A stretch of DNA of 64,000 nt, from the NCBI GenBank assembly GCA_051294375.1, contig CM119270.1:19066576-19130575 (forward strand), in the 5' to 3' direction. The translations under genes were made by a program, and so were the position numbers. The first letter of the stretch is position 1, and the number at the start of each line of letters is the position of its first letter. The notes under the pieces were generated by a model. It saw only the letters and a program-made list of their open reading frames with translations. It was not told the DNA's origin and searched no databases. Shown piece by piece: positions 13,063 to 27,072 of the stretch. The DNA comes from Paraspadella gotoi (lineage: Eukaryota; Animalia; Chaetognatha).

Positions 13063-13377
13063 TTACTACGACTCTGTATAGTCTCCACTCCCACTTTGCG
13101 CTCGTCCCTTGTCATCTTCGCCATCTTGATTTGTTCTAGAAAGAAAGAGGCACAATTATAAGTAATAAATGTATAAATATTCTCAATTCTCACCTTTGGT
13201 TTTTTTTCTTGTCTCTTTGTTTACGATCTGTGATTTGCCGCGAACCTTGTTGCGCCCTCTCCACCCGTTTGTGATTTGCTTGAAGAGAAAGAGTAAATGA
13301 TATAATAACCTTTTATATATTTCACATTTTCTTTCTCTCACCCTTTTGGATAAAGAGTAGTTGTATCAACGTAAAAT
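13063..13377 (-). CDS. 3' end of an unidentified spliced gene; exons 13377-13342, 13278-13194, 13135-13066
   Basis: Two short introns (63 and 58 nt) with GTGAG donors and pyrimidine-rich AG acceptors; joined frame is open (FTLIQLLFIQKANHKRVERAQQGSRQITDRKQRDKKKNQRTNQDGEDDKGRAQSGSGDYTES) and ends TAG TAA; AATAAA at 13024-13029; the 5' part runs into an N-gap. Confidence 0.5.
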
Positions 13378-13435
13378 CTAAAGAGAGAAAATGATCGTAT
13401 GTAATAATTGNNNNNNNNNNNNNNNNNNNNNNNNN

Positions 13436-15393
<1,958 letters not shown>

Positions 15394-15936
15394 CTTTACT
15401 TTTTTTAACTGATGTCTCTCTCTCTCTCAAGTGCACTGTTCTTAAAAAAAAAAAATTAATAAATAAAAAATCCCAACCAAATTTTCACTGTGCCAATCTC
15501 AAAAGAAGAAAATCCCACTGTGCCGCGATGGAACCGACAGACAGCGTGGCGCCGCTCGAGGCCCAGATGTTGAGCGAGAGAAAAGCGCCTCCCCTGCCGT
15601 TTTCATTCACATCCGGGTCGAAGAGGAAAGCTTTTCGCATTCTCCGTTGAACTCGGTTACATCCGGAGTAAGCGGGATTCTTTCCCGCCAATTTCTCTCA
15701 CATCCGGGTAAACCATCAAAACAAACGCGGGATTTTTCTTTTTCGCATCAGAGAAAAGAGACTGAGGAAGAGCAGCCGGCGTTTTCTCGTTGTTGTTGTT
15801 GTTGTTGTTGTTGTTGTTGACGTTGTTGGCTCTGAGAAAAGAATGAAAGTGCCACCACGGGATCAGTGAATCTTTGGCAGAAACAGAAGAACAAAACGTC
15901 CTCAGGGAAAACGATGGATTTTTGGCGAAACCGGAG

Positions 15937-16033
<97 letters not shown>

Positions 16034-17148
16034 GAGAGAGATAGGTTGTACATGGACCTAGGTACCCTGTGCAAGAAGGACCTATAAGGTAACGATTGGT
16101 CCGTTCATTCATTAATATCCGTTTTCTAATACAGAAAGCAACTTTTTTTTTAACTACACAGATCAGGGGAAAAGCGGGATTCTCGTCGAACAGGTTTGAG
16201 TTCATAAGAAAGCAAAATGCAAGAGAAAACCATTCGTTTATGAAATTAGCACAAAAAAGGCAAATGAAAGAAAAGTAGTACTTTAAGATCGAGACTCAAA
16301 AAGTAAAAAAAAAGACGAATTTCTCAAGATGAGAAAAGAAAACTGAAAACTCCTTCGGTGAAGGAAAGAAAAAAAAACTGTTTTGTCTATTTTTTTTAAA
16401 ACGCGACTTTTCAACGGTGATAACTCCCCCCCTCACTTAACTATCACCCCGTTCCCACCCCTCCCCCTACCCCTCCCCCTCCCCCACCCACCATCACATT
16501 CTATCATAATTGATTAACGATTCACTTCTTTATCGTCTCGAACCAAAGAACGGAAAGGATTTTCCTTTCTTTCACGCTTTTTTTGTGTGTGAATGAATTT
16601 CACGCGTCACTCGTCGACAAAAGGTGAACACGATTTCTTGTCTCGTCGGCGGCGGTGACGCCCTTTCAGCGACAGGGAGTCATTTTTATGAAATGAAGAC
16701 GCTGTAGTCAAAGGACTTTTTTACTTAAAAATGCGGTTTTGGCTTCGAGTAAAGATTTCGGCAAGGGCGTCTTTATAGTTGTTATTAGTGATAAAAGAAT
16801 AAATGAATTAAGAGAGAGAGAGAGATATATGAGAGCAAGAGATGGAGAGGAGAGAGAGAAGAGAGAGAGAGAGAGAAGAAGAGGAGGAGAGATGAGAGAG
16901 AGATTGTCATAAATCTGCGTCGAACTCACGAATGCGAAATCCTGAGACGAGACAAGAGGAAACGAGCATCAAAATCCAATTTGCATAAAAGGAAGAACGA
17001 GAGAAGAACTCGCTGTCGAGACTAAATCGACTGATGGTTCCGTTCGATTCGTTTATACGAGTCAGAATTTTACTTCACGTCTTCTCTAAAACTAGCAAAA
17101 GGAAAATAAGTGTTTTATTGTTTGTTTGTTTGTTTTTTTAAAGACACA

Positions 17149-17310
17149 TGTGGCGGTATATTCACACCGCCTCACGTCCACCATCGTTCAGCCAAAATCC
17201 ATTGGCTCAGAGAAGGAACACACCATCCCAGGCTTGGAGTTCCATCCACAGTCCTAACGACTTCCCTCTGCATCCCAATAGGCATCACAGGCAACCCGGC
17301 TATTGCCATA
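17149..17310 (+). mobile_element. Short non-autonomous element, copy 2 (internally deleted)
   Basis: Same termini (TGTGGCGGTA...TATTGCCATA); 4-bp TSD CACA. Confidence 0.85.
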
Positions 17311-18163
17311 CACATTCCTTTTCTTAGGTCGGAAATAATCAAGTGTATGTTTACGATAAAAAAAATTTCGCGTCTTTGAAAGTCAATGCCTCCGTACATA
17401 CGTATATAATAACAAAATAATAAATTGAGACAAATATATGTTCGTAAAACCTACATAGAACTTAGAAGTAAAGAAGTCCAGAAACTGATTTTAAAAACCA
17501 CGAAAAGAAAGAAGAATAAAGATTTCGAAAGAAACACTGTAGCAATTAAAAAGAGAAACAGTTTTGACTGTACTCACCCCGTTGTTTCCGGTTCGTACCG
17601 TTTCTTTTTTTTTTTTTCTCCTTTTTTTTATTGACGAATATAAATCCAGAGGAAATGGGGGGGAGGAAGGGCGTTGTATTTACTCTGGTACTTTGAACTT
17701 GTCCTTGATATTTATGTTTTTTTTTTCCGGAAGTCGATATTTTTTTCGTCTCAAAATTCGATTTACATTTTCGCGAAAAATCAGAAGTTATTATTTTTTC
17801 TTTCGAAAACTTTTTCTTTTTACATTGGATTAAATATTACCACTATTATGATTTTTTTTATTCCGTTCTCTTTCAAAGATGTATAGGTACGATTTTTGAT
17901 AATATTATTATTTTACTGGTATAATTTTCGAGTTCGATGTCGATGTTACAAGCTTACGCAGAGCAGAGTCGATTGGCAACCACGAAAACAAGCTTTTTTT
18001 CTGTCCTTCGGGTCCCACAGTAGTAGCGATACAGTAATTCGATTATGTCGTCGTTGTCGTCGTCGTCGTCGTTGTCGTCTTAGTTGCCGCCAATCCTTGA
18101 TTCAACATTCTGAAAACAACCGGGAAAAAGGAAATTGAAAAAAATAATGCAAAAAATCTGGGG

Positions 18164-18241
<78 letters not shown>

Positions 18242-18535
18242 TGCAAAAGAGGTCCTTCACAGATTGAGGTTGTCATGTTGTCAAACGGATTTACTCGTAG
18301 CTTGAGGAGAAAATTAGCGAATGTCAAACAAATGACTAAATGAGCCATAGAAGAAAAGCGCAAAACTTTCTTGGATTCGGGTGAAAAAAGAAAATTGGAA
18401 ATTCTGAGATGCTTGACTTAATTAATTACTTAATAATTAATATATAATATACAATATATATTACGATTTAGCAGAAGAACTCGGATTGACGAAAATTTAA
18501 AAATGTAAATGACGTCTAAGTTGACGACGAAATGG

Positions 18536-18587
<52 letters not shown>

Positions 18588-19265
18588 AAGAAATTTTCTA
18601 GTCAAATAATCATCTCTCAGCTGCTGTGAAGGAAAAAAAATCGAGGTGAAAAGTTCACAATTTTTTTTCTTAATTTCTGTGAAATCGAATTTAGGAGTCA
18701 TCGACGTTCGACGTTATGGGCTCAATGCTCAATTAGTCTTCTTTTTAATTTTAATTGATATTAATTCTGAAAATATTACAGTTTTAGTTCTTAACCCGAA
18801 ATAAGCTTAACAAGCATCTTAGACACGGACAGATTTTGTAGCCGCAAATTATTTTTTCAAATAAGGTTTAAATTTACTTTTTTAAATGTAAAATAAAAAC
18901 GATGACCACAACAATGACAACAACAACAACGAATCACGCTAATGAACTCGAATCAAATGAAACGAATTCGCGTGAAACTAAATGTGGAAAAAGTCCACCC
19001 CACCCGAAATCGTGAACTCTATCCGTGAAGTTGGATGTGAAATGAGAAAGAAGAAGACAAAAGCGAATGAGTCGTCGCGAGCGTGAGACAGAGCGAGATG
19101 GAGTCACCTTGGTCAAACATTTGCAGCAGCACGTCGGACCGGCATTACGGCATTGAGGCATGCAGCATTGCTTTGCCTGGCCGCATCCGTCTGACTTCTA
19201 TTTTTTCTCTTTGATATTTTTCGTGACGTTTTTGTGATTCTTTTCAGCGGTGAGGTGGATGGTGT

Positions 19266-19381
<116 letters not shown>

Positions 19382-19682
19382 CTTGTTAAAAGCTTATTTT
19401 CACCGATCCCCGAAAACCTCTGGGAGACGATTGAAAAGCGATAACAATCATTAAACAATTAAAAAAAAACGAGGGGGGAAAACAATAGGAAAGTTTTTAC
19501 GTATTAGATCAATTCGATGAATTTAAATACGAAAAATAGTTTACTTTATTATAATTATTTTCATTAATTTAAATAAATTCAACAGGTCTCTTGCTCATGT
19601 TATTTTACGATGTAATTTATTCTTCGATCAGAAAAAAAAAAGGATAAATTATTCGACAGGCGAAGGAACCAGAGCGCGAGAT

Positions 19683-20487
19683 TCATCCTAATCCCCGGGC
19701 GAAGAGGATCGTCAGGGTTAGCCCGAGAAGCTTGATCATCGGCGCCGCCGCGGCCGCCGCCGTCTGGGAAGCTCCGGACTGGAGGACATCGCACCAAGCA
19801 TCGTGTAAATCTACACCATCGACCTCAACAAAGCCGCTGCAAGCTGATTTGCAATGCTTGGCGCAAATAGCTTTTTTCGCTCCTATGGAGGAAAAAAAAA
19901 GTATTTTTTTTTTAATCTTATTGGTTTCGATTTTAATGATAGTTTTCGTCGGATCTGATGACAGCAGACGCAACTCTAACGTACTTTGTCGGTCTGTCGG
20001 TCTGCCTACTTAATCTTATCGATAAATTATTTAAAACTGAATATTAAATTACTACGAAACTATTTAAAAAGGATGTTTGTCCAACACAACAACGAATACG
20101 ACATCAAACGCAAAAAGCCAAGACAGAAGGGTCAACCTGAACTCGCGATGTAGTGACAACATCCATCCGGTTTAAAGTCTTCCCTTTCAAAGTTGCAATC
20201 GTTTGTCTTTGTGCACTCGGTGACCCCCGACGGCAAATCAGGAAATAAAAGTTCCTTGTTATTGTTGTTGTTGCTTTTGACATTGTGGTTCATATTGTTG
20301 TTGTTCATGTTGTTTATATCTTTGTTGTTCATGTTGTTCATATCTTTGTTGTCAAGTGGGTCGTTTATATTTGACCTTGAAGGCCAATCCGGGTTCTGGT
20401 TAAAACACACACGACATATTTCCAACTCGCTCCATTAATATCTAAGCCGTGGAATATAATTAATAAATTGACTACAGAAGGCTTCAT
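19683..20487 (-). CDS. Cys-rich GPI-like protein B (paralogue of A); exons ~20425-20137 and 19882-19683; 5' end unresolved, possibly a pseudogene
   Basis: DLPSGVTECTKTNDCNFEREDFKPDGCCHYIASS/G/AKKAICAKHCKSAC...WC...KLLGLTLTILFA aligns to A with the same 8-Cys spacing and intron phase. The nearest ATG leader (20487, MKPSVVNLLIIF) is out of frame with the body. Confidence 0.7.
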
Positions 20488-20497
20488 ATTATAAAAT

Positions 20498-21529
20498 GAG
20501 GTACTATGGCAATAGCCGGGTTGCCTGTGATGCCCATTGGGATGGGGCATCTCACTGTTGGCTTTGGGGGCTTCCGACCTTCAGCGACGACCCTAGGACG
20601 GTCTCGCTTTGCCAACGCAGAGGGAAGTCGTTAGGACTGTGAATGGAACACAACGCCTGGGATGATGTGTTCCCTCTCTGAGCGAAGGGATTTTGGCTGA
20701 ATGATGGTCAACGTGAGGCGGTGTGAATATACCGCCACAGTACCCCTTTTTTGTGACCAGAACACGTTCCGAGAAAACTACTGGACCAAATTTATTGAAA
20801 TTTAGTATGAACGATCCCTATGTGAATACAAATAGAACTATCAAGGCGAATTTCAACATTTGACTCCTGAGCCGAGATATGGGGCCATGGAGGAGCAAAA
20901 AATGGTCTTAAATTTTTTTTTTGTATTTTTTCATTATTTTTGTTTTGAACAGTTGCATAGACTTTTACTTTTCCACAAAAAACGTATTTATGACCACAAA
21001 AATATTAGTCTACCTTAATTTTCAGTTTGATGAACATCAGCAGTTCAAGTCAGTTTTGGAATAATTTTGGAAAATTGAAGTAAAATGATGAACCATGCAT
21101 CTTCTAACTATTCTTAATTATTGATTTTTTTTTTAATTTTAGTTTTTATGATTCTTTCTTTTCGTTGTGTTTTGAATTTAGGAAAAAACAGTTTTACTGT
21201 GCAACAACGATTTTTATTATTATATAGATCTGTATTAAGAGTCTTCTTTAGCGTTGAAGAAGTTTTAAAATGTTTCTTTTATATGTTTAAAACGTCAATG
21301 CACCTGATGGAACTAAAAAATTTTTAAAAATGAAAAAAAATGTTTAGGTTTTTTTGGCCCCCCCAGCGGTCCACCCCCAGGGCCCTGTATCTCTTGGAAG
21401 GAGTTGAATATTAAAATTCGCATCGATAGTTCCATTTATATCGTCATTAGGACTCTAAATGTATAATTTCATGAATTTCGAAGGGGTAGTTTGGTAGGAA
21501 CTATTCTGGTCACAAAAAAGGGATACCTC
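20498..21529. mobile_element. MITE / non-autonomous TIR DNA transposon (~0.8 kb without the nested insert)
   Basis: Reconstructed left end GAGGTACCCCTTTTTTGTGACCAGAA matches the reverse complement of the right end TTCTGGTCACAAAAAAGGGATACCTC with one mismatch; flanks AAAT/AGAT; non-coding interior. Confidence 0.8.
20505..20739 (-). mobile_element. Short non-autonomous element, copy 3 (longest), inserted in a MITE TIR
   Basis: Reverse complement of the same family; 4-bp TSD GTAC at 20501-20504 and 20740-20743. Confidence 0.85.
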
Positions 21530-21901
21530 AGATCATAAATTATATATTTTGTCAGGCATTGTTCAGCTTGAATACGAACATCAATCCTTAAGTTAGGACC
21601 CCGTAGCTCATTGCGTTGCCATCAGCTCAAGACCATTAGATACCCTTAGGTTAATATTATTATTAATTAATGATAAGAACAGTTAGCGACCAGATTATAA
21701 AACTCTTGAGAAAAAGTAATTACTATTATTATTTTTTCATTTAGGTGAGAAGAGAAAAAGATTAAAATACGAATAAGCGATAAGAGGATGATATGTCCAC
21801 GTGTTTAAGTTACTATGACCTACTATGACTATGACACCCACGATGACTCGGTCAGATCATTGGAAACTATGTCGAGCTTTAACATCTTCATATCCACTGT
21901 C

Positions 21902-22081
21902 TTAGTAATCCCGCTGGCGCTGACCCGTGCCCGATGGGTCGCGAGCCTTGGCGGGTTCGCCCTTCCTTGCCCGGACCAGCGCCGCCGCTGCGGAGGCAGC
22001 CGATGCGGCCGACGCAGCCGACGCAACCGACGCAGCCGACGCGATTAAAAAAATAATCGAAAAAGTATTTAAAATGTCCAT
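21902..22081 (-). CDS. 59-aa ORF with signal-peptide-like start (MDILNTFSIIFLIASAAS...), possibly the detached 5' part of gene B
   Basis: Below the ORF-track cut-off; GC-rich island; the leader resembles gene A (TIILISSAAS); same strand as the cluster. No convincing splice donor found. Confidence 0.4.
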   Translation of the reverse strand: MDILNTFSIIFLIASAASVASAASAASAASAAAALVRARKGEPAKARDPSGTGQRQRDY

Positions 22082-22203
22082 CTTTTATTCATTTCACTGA
22101 TAAATTGAGAAAAAAATTTAGGTATTTTTAATAATCCTTAGTTGGAAAAGTAAGGAGATTTTGTAAAGCCTACTCAAAGAACAAAACACAATCGCGCGAA
22201 TAA

Positions 22204-22271
<68 letters not shown>

Positions 22272-22591
22272 AGTCAAACCTGCGGAAATCTTACTTTTAC
22301 TTACCCCAGTAAAACTCAATATGAAGCTTAAGTGTAGCCATCTATTATTTACAGATAACACTCTGGGTTCTCGAAGAAAAATAACCATTACTAAAAATAG
22401 ACATCATTTTCCTAGAAAAAAAAATTATTGTATTATTTTATTTCGGTTTATTTCGTAAAAAAAAAAAGAATTTTCGGCTGAATACCGCGAACAACAAATC
22501 AACCGTTTTAAGGGTAATTTGAATTTTTTTTTTTCTTTTCTTAATTTCTAAAGTGAAGGAATCACAATGAATCACATTTATCACAATTACA

Positions 22592-23380
22592 TCAACGCCA
22601 CTTGATCAACCTCCAAGCGAAGAGGATCGACCAGGTTAGCCCGAGCAGCTTGGACGCCTCCACCGCCGCCGACTTCAAACCACAAACCCCATCGCAGGAC
22701 ATTTCTTTGGCGTAGGCGTCGCCGAGCCATCCGTCGCCAGCGCATCCAGATTTGCATTTGCTGACGCAAATAGACTTTTTAGCGCCTGAGGACGACAACG
22801 GTGAACGTTGATCGACAAACTTAAACAATAGAGTCTTCCATTGTTTAAATCAAATTTGTCAGATGTACCCTAGTTATTTAATGTTAATAAGATTAAATTT
22901 TAGGCTATATTTTTTTCAATAGGAACTGAAATTTTACCGTCATAAACTTAATGTGTTACTAATTTTTTAAACCTGTCTCTAACCAAAATCTCTAACCCTA
23001 ACCTAATCCCCAACTTTAAGTATAATCCCTAATCCCTAAACCAAATCCCTAACCTAATCCCTAACCTTAAGGCTAATCCCTTATCCCTAACCAAAATCTT
23101 CAACCCTATATAACCAATTTTTAAAACCTAATCTCAACTTTTTGACAAAATCTTAAACCTTAAAAAAAATTAACTTTCAATTTAAAGCTGAAATAGGACG
23201 CTTTCGGGGAAACATGCCTTCAATTTTTCTTTTTGACCTGACCAGGCCGTGTACGAACAGCATCCGTCCGGTTTAAAGTTCGGCTCCTCGTAGTTACAAT
23301 CCTTGGCCTTCGTGCATTCGTGCGCCCCCGTTGGTAAGTCCATAGCGGTGTCTCCGCTGCCGCCACCGTTGCTGCTGCTG

Positions 23381-23418
<38 letters not shown>

Positions 23419-23628
23419 CATACCGCCGCCGCCGCCGCCCATACTGTTGCCCATACTGTTGTCCATACCGTTGTTCATACTGTTGCCCATACTGTTCTCG
23501 CTGCTCATTTTTGAGCTACTCTCCATGTCCGCCTCGCGCCGGCGCCATTTCGAGCCGGACGCGCGACGCCCGAACGAGGCCGCCGACGATATTAAAATTA
23601 TCGTTAACAGAACTATCAAATAACTCAT
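22592..23628 (-). CDS. Secreted, probably GPI-anchored Cys-rich protein A; exons 23628-23238 and 22785-22592 (194 aa)
   Basis: Signal peptide MSYLIVLLTIILISSAAS, RRR site, Met/Asn/Ser/Gly low-complexity linker, Cys domain split by a phase-1 GT-AG intron (..AWS/G/AKKSIC..) and a hydrophobic C-terminus LLGLTWSILFAW. Paralogue B has the same intron position. Confidence 0.82.
22975..23165. repeat. Degenerate CCCTAA-rich repeat in the intron of gene A
   Basis: Multiple CCCTAA/CCTAAC/CCTAAT units with a ~50-bp higher-order period. Confidence 0.6.
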
Positions 23629-25597
23629 GATTCAATTTAAATGATTTTCTTTCTAACTTATTTTAATAATTTCTGGTAAAAACAAACTAGTTTATTTGAG
23701 TTATTTATGATAAAGGGATTAAGTAGAGGCGTTTTGTAGCTGGTGTTGTTTCACTTGCTATTTTCGTGCCCGTTCGTCGGTAAGACTCTGTCTCTCTCTG
23801 TCTGCCCGTCTTGTACACTGTACAATGTACACTGTACAATGTACAGTCGCCCTCTTCGCATAAAAATCGCAGTCACATGAACAGAAATCCGTGGCTTTAC
23901 GAATCTAATTGGCAGATAAACTATGTTCTATGAAACGGTACATAATTGTGTCTTCAGTTTTACCGCTTTTAATCTTTAATCGCGTTTCCAATAAACTTCT
24001 TGTTTGTTTAAGGATTATATCTTTTTCCGCCTTTTGACGTCACGTGTTGGTCTCCTTATCTCGTCCAATCAGAGATCGAGTTTAGGTTTCCAAACAAAAA
24101 AGAAAACAATCACGTCAGGAACAACAACAACAACTACGAAAGCAAATACTACAACAATAACAAGAACAACGACGACAAGAACAACCTAAAGAACAACAGG
24201 ATAGATCATTGATTCGTTCGTTCGTTATACAATATACAAACGTAGTTAGATTGTAAGAAAAGTTGGTAATTAATTAGAGTTAGACGGCGGTCGGTCAGTC
24301 GCATCGTTGATTCGTTGGTTCTAGTCACACGGATGCAAATTTTTATTTCGAAGAGAATAAATGTTTGCTCGATGCGGGTGAAATCGTTCACTGAGAAATC
24401 TTTTTTGGAAAAGAGTATTATTAGTTTTTTTTATTTCCTGTTAATTTTGGATAGAGGAAATTCGATCAGAAGTTTTGATAATTGATTTACGAAAATACGA
24501 AATCTGAAAAAAAAAATTTACTTAAACTTTTCCAGTTGACTTTGGAAATTACCACTAATTTTTAAGTTTAAGTTTAAGTTATCTTCATATTTCATTCTAT
24601 AACGAATCACTAAGGGAATAAAAATATTCTATTAAGTACTAAAGCAGTATTAAATACTAACCAGTTGAAAAAAAGAATTATATCTCTCGGTTAATCCAAT
24701 CAAAAGTCGTCAAACAGGAAAAGCGAAATTTCTTACCAATTTTTTTTTTCTTTTTTCATTATTAGTTTTCGATCGTCGAGTTATTTAATTTGACTTAAGG
24801 GGAAAAAAGGATCGAGCCACTGATGTTTATCTCTTTCTTTTATCTTTATTTAAGATGGAAAAAAGGAGAGAGAGAGAGAGAGAGAGAGAGCAGAGAGAGA
24901 GAGAGAGACGAGAGAGAGAGTTGAGAGAGAGGAAATCTTGCCTTTTTGTGTTTCACTGGATTGTCTGGAGGAGCAGAGAGAGAGAGACGAGAGAGAGAGA
25001 GAGCGAAGAAGAGAGAGAGAAGAGAGAAGAGCCAGAGGAAAGAACGAGAGAGAGAAGCGAGAGAGGATAGATTTTTCCCATTTAATCGCAAAAAAGTAAA
25101 ATATCGCAGGTCTGTAAAATCCTGAGAATGTTACGCCCGAGAAAAATTGGGATTAAGAAGAACATTTTCTTTCTTTCTTTAATTCTTTTTCTTCTTCTCT
25201 TTGTGGAATAAAGAAAACTTTTTTTTTTTGCTCTTTTTATTTTTTTCTTTTATTATGTTCCGCCCTTTACGCTTTTTTCTTTCTTGTGCAAGGCTTCTCT
25301 AAATGGAAGAAGAAAAAACAGAAAAAAATTTTATGAAAAAAAAGTCGATTTTTTAAATTTTTTTTGTTTTTTAGTTTCATTTTAAAACCCAGTGTAACAC
25401 CCAAAATTGGTCCTTTGGGGGGGGACAAACTTTAAAAAACAAAATAAGGGAACAAATAAACGAAAGAAAAAAAAAACATTAGTTTTAAAAAAAATTGCAG
25501 AAGAATAAATGCAGCAACCTCTAATTTAGCAAAATAAAGTCTCAGCTGAGCTAAGCTGTAACGAATAGACAGAATTAATAATGTCTCACGCAAAAAA

Positions 25598-25630
<33 letters not shown>

Positions 25631-26356
25631 NNNNNNNNNNTCTCGTCGCACGCGATCGTCCAGAGTCGCGTCACTTCGGCACGTGACTCTTTTTCAACAG
25701 TTTCGTTTTGATTTTTGTTTTTGTTATATTTGTCTGTATTTTTATTTGTATTTTCTGTATTTTTACTTTTATTGTCTGTATTTGTATTTGTATTGTTTGT
25801 ATTTGTACATATGTACTTTTCTGTATTTTTCTGCCATTTTATTTTTTAAGCTTTAAATCGAGTCCCGGATGTCATCGCCTGAAATACTATTTTTTTTTTT
25901 CTGACTCTGACTCAACTTTCATTTCATGATAAATTAGTGAATTGTGACTTGGTCAATGGTCACTGGTCAATGGTCACTGGTCACTGGTCAGTCATTGTCC
26001 TCCTAATCTCTCCTCATTTCACTCCGTGTGGTCGGTCCGTCGGTCCGTCTATTTGTCAGTCTTTGTCTCTTTTATCTTTTCCTTTTGTCCATCACCTTTT
26101 GGTTTTCCAGCGCTTCTTTTCTCCATCAATGTCGTGTCCATCACCCCTTTCTTTTCTCCATCAACGACCCTCTCCCCTTCCCCTTTTGGGTCAATCGCGG
26201 CGTCGTTCCATCGCCTCTTACGTCCCATTAAAGGCGTCGTGGTCAGCGTCGGCGTCGTCGGCGTCCGAACTGTCGCCGAAAACGCCTCTTTCAAATCGTC
26301 ACGTGACTCAGGAAACGGTTCGCGGTCGGATCACGTGACTTGTTTTTCGTAACGCT

Positions 26357-26474
26357 GACATCGACGAGACTGCGTCACGTCACGTCACGTCACGTCACGT
26401 CACGTCACGTCACGTCACGTCACGTCACGTCACGTCACGTCACGCGGACATCGACGAGACTGCGTCACGTCACG
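26357..26474. repeat. (CACGT)13 pentanucleotide array inside a 28-bp direct repeat
   Basis: Perfect CACGT units from 26376 to 26440; GACATCGACGAGACTGCGTCACGTCACG at 26357 and 26447. Confidence 0.9.
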
Positions 26475-27033
26475 AACCGTCGCGTCGCCCGCGAATCGCG
26501 AGACGTCGCGTCAAGCGTTTTGATCACGTGATCCGCGGTCGTTTATATCACGTGAACATCAAGAGAGCGACCCCTCGCGGGACTGACCCATGTTCCGCTT
26601 TCTCTCTTCTCTCTCTCTCTCTGCTCTCAAGTGCTCATCATATCCTCTGCTCTCTCTCATCTCCTCTCTCCCTCTCTCTCTCTCTCGTCATTTCTCTCTC
26701 TCTCTCTCTCTCTCTCTGACGCTTTCAATGGCGTCAACCCCCCGTCCCATTTTGAGTCAAGAACGTGCGATGCACGACTTCCGTTCGCTGACAAACATCA
26801 AGAACAACAACAAAAATAACAACAACAACAACATCAATGTCTGATGACGAATTCGCACCCTGGTTCCGGTATGAAATCGCACGCACGTGCACTTCATGTC
26901 GCGCGCGATGTCGTCGCTCGCGTCTTTACTCTCGTGCATTTACAACAACGACAACGACAACAACAACGACAACTAAGACTCTTTGTCCCTCGAAATTCCG
27001 CTGCATCGATTTTTATCGATGACCTGCAACGAC

Positions 27034-27072
<39 letters not shown>

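Noticed and set aside
22975-23165. Possible interstitial telomere (CCCTAA)n
   Set aside because: Too degenerate and has a higher-order period; better treated as an intronic minisatellite.
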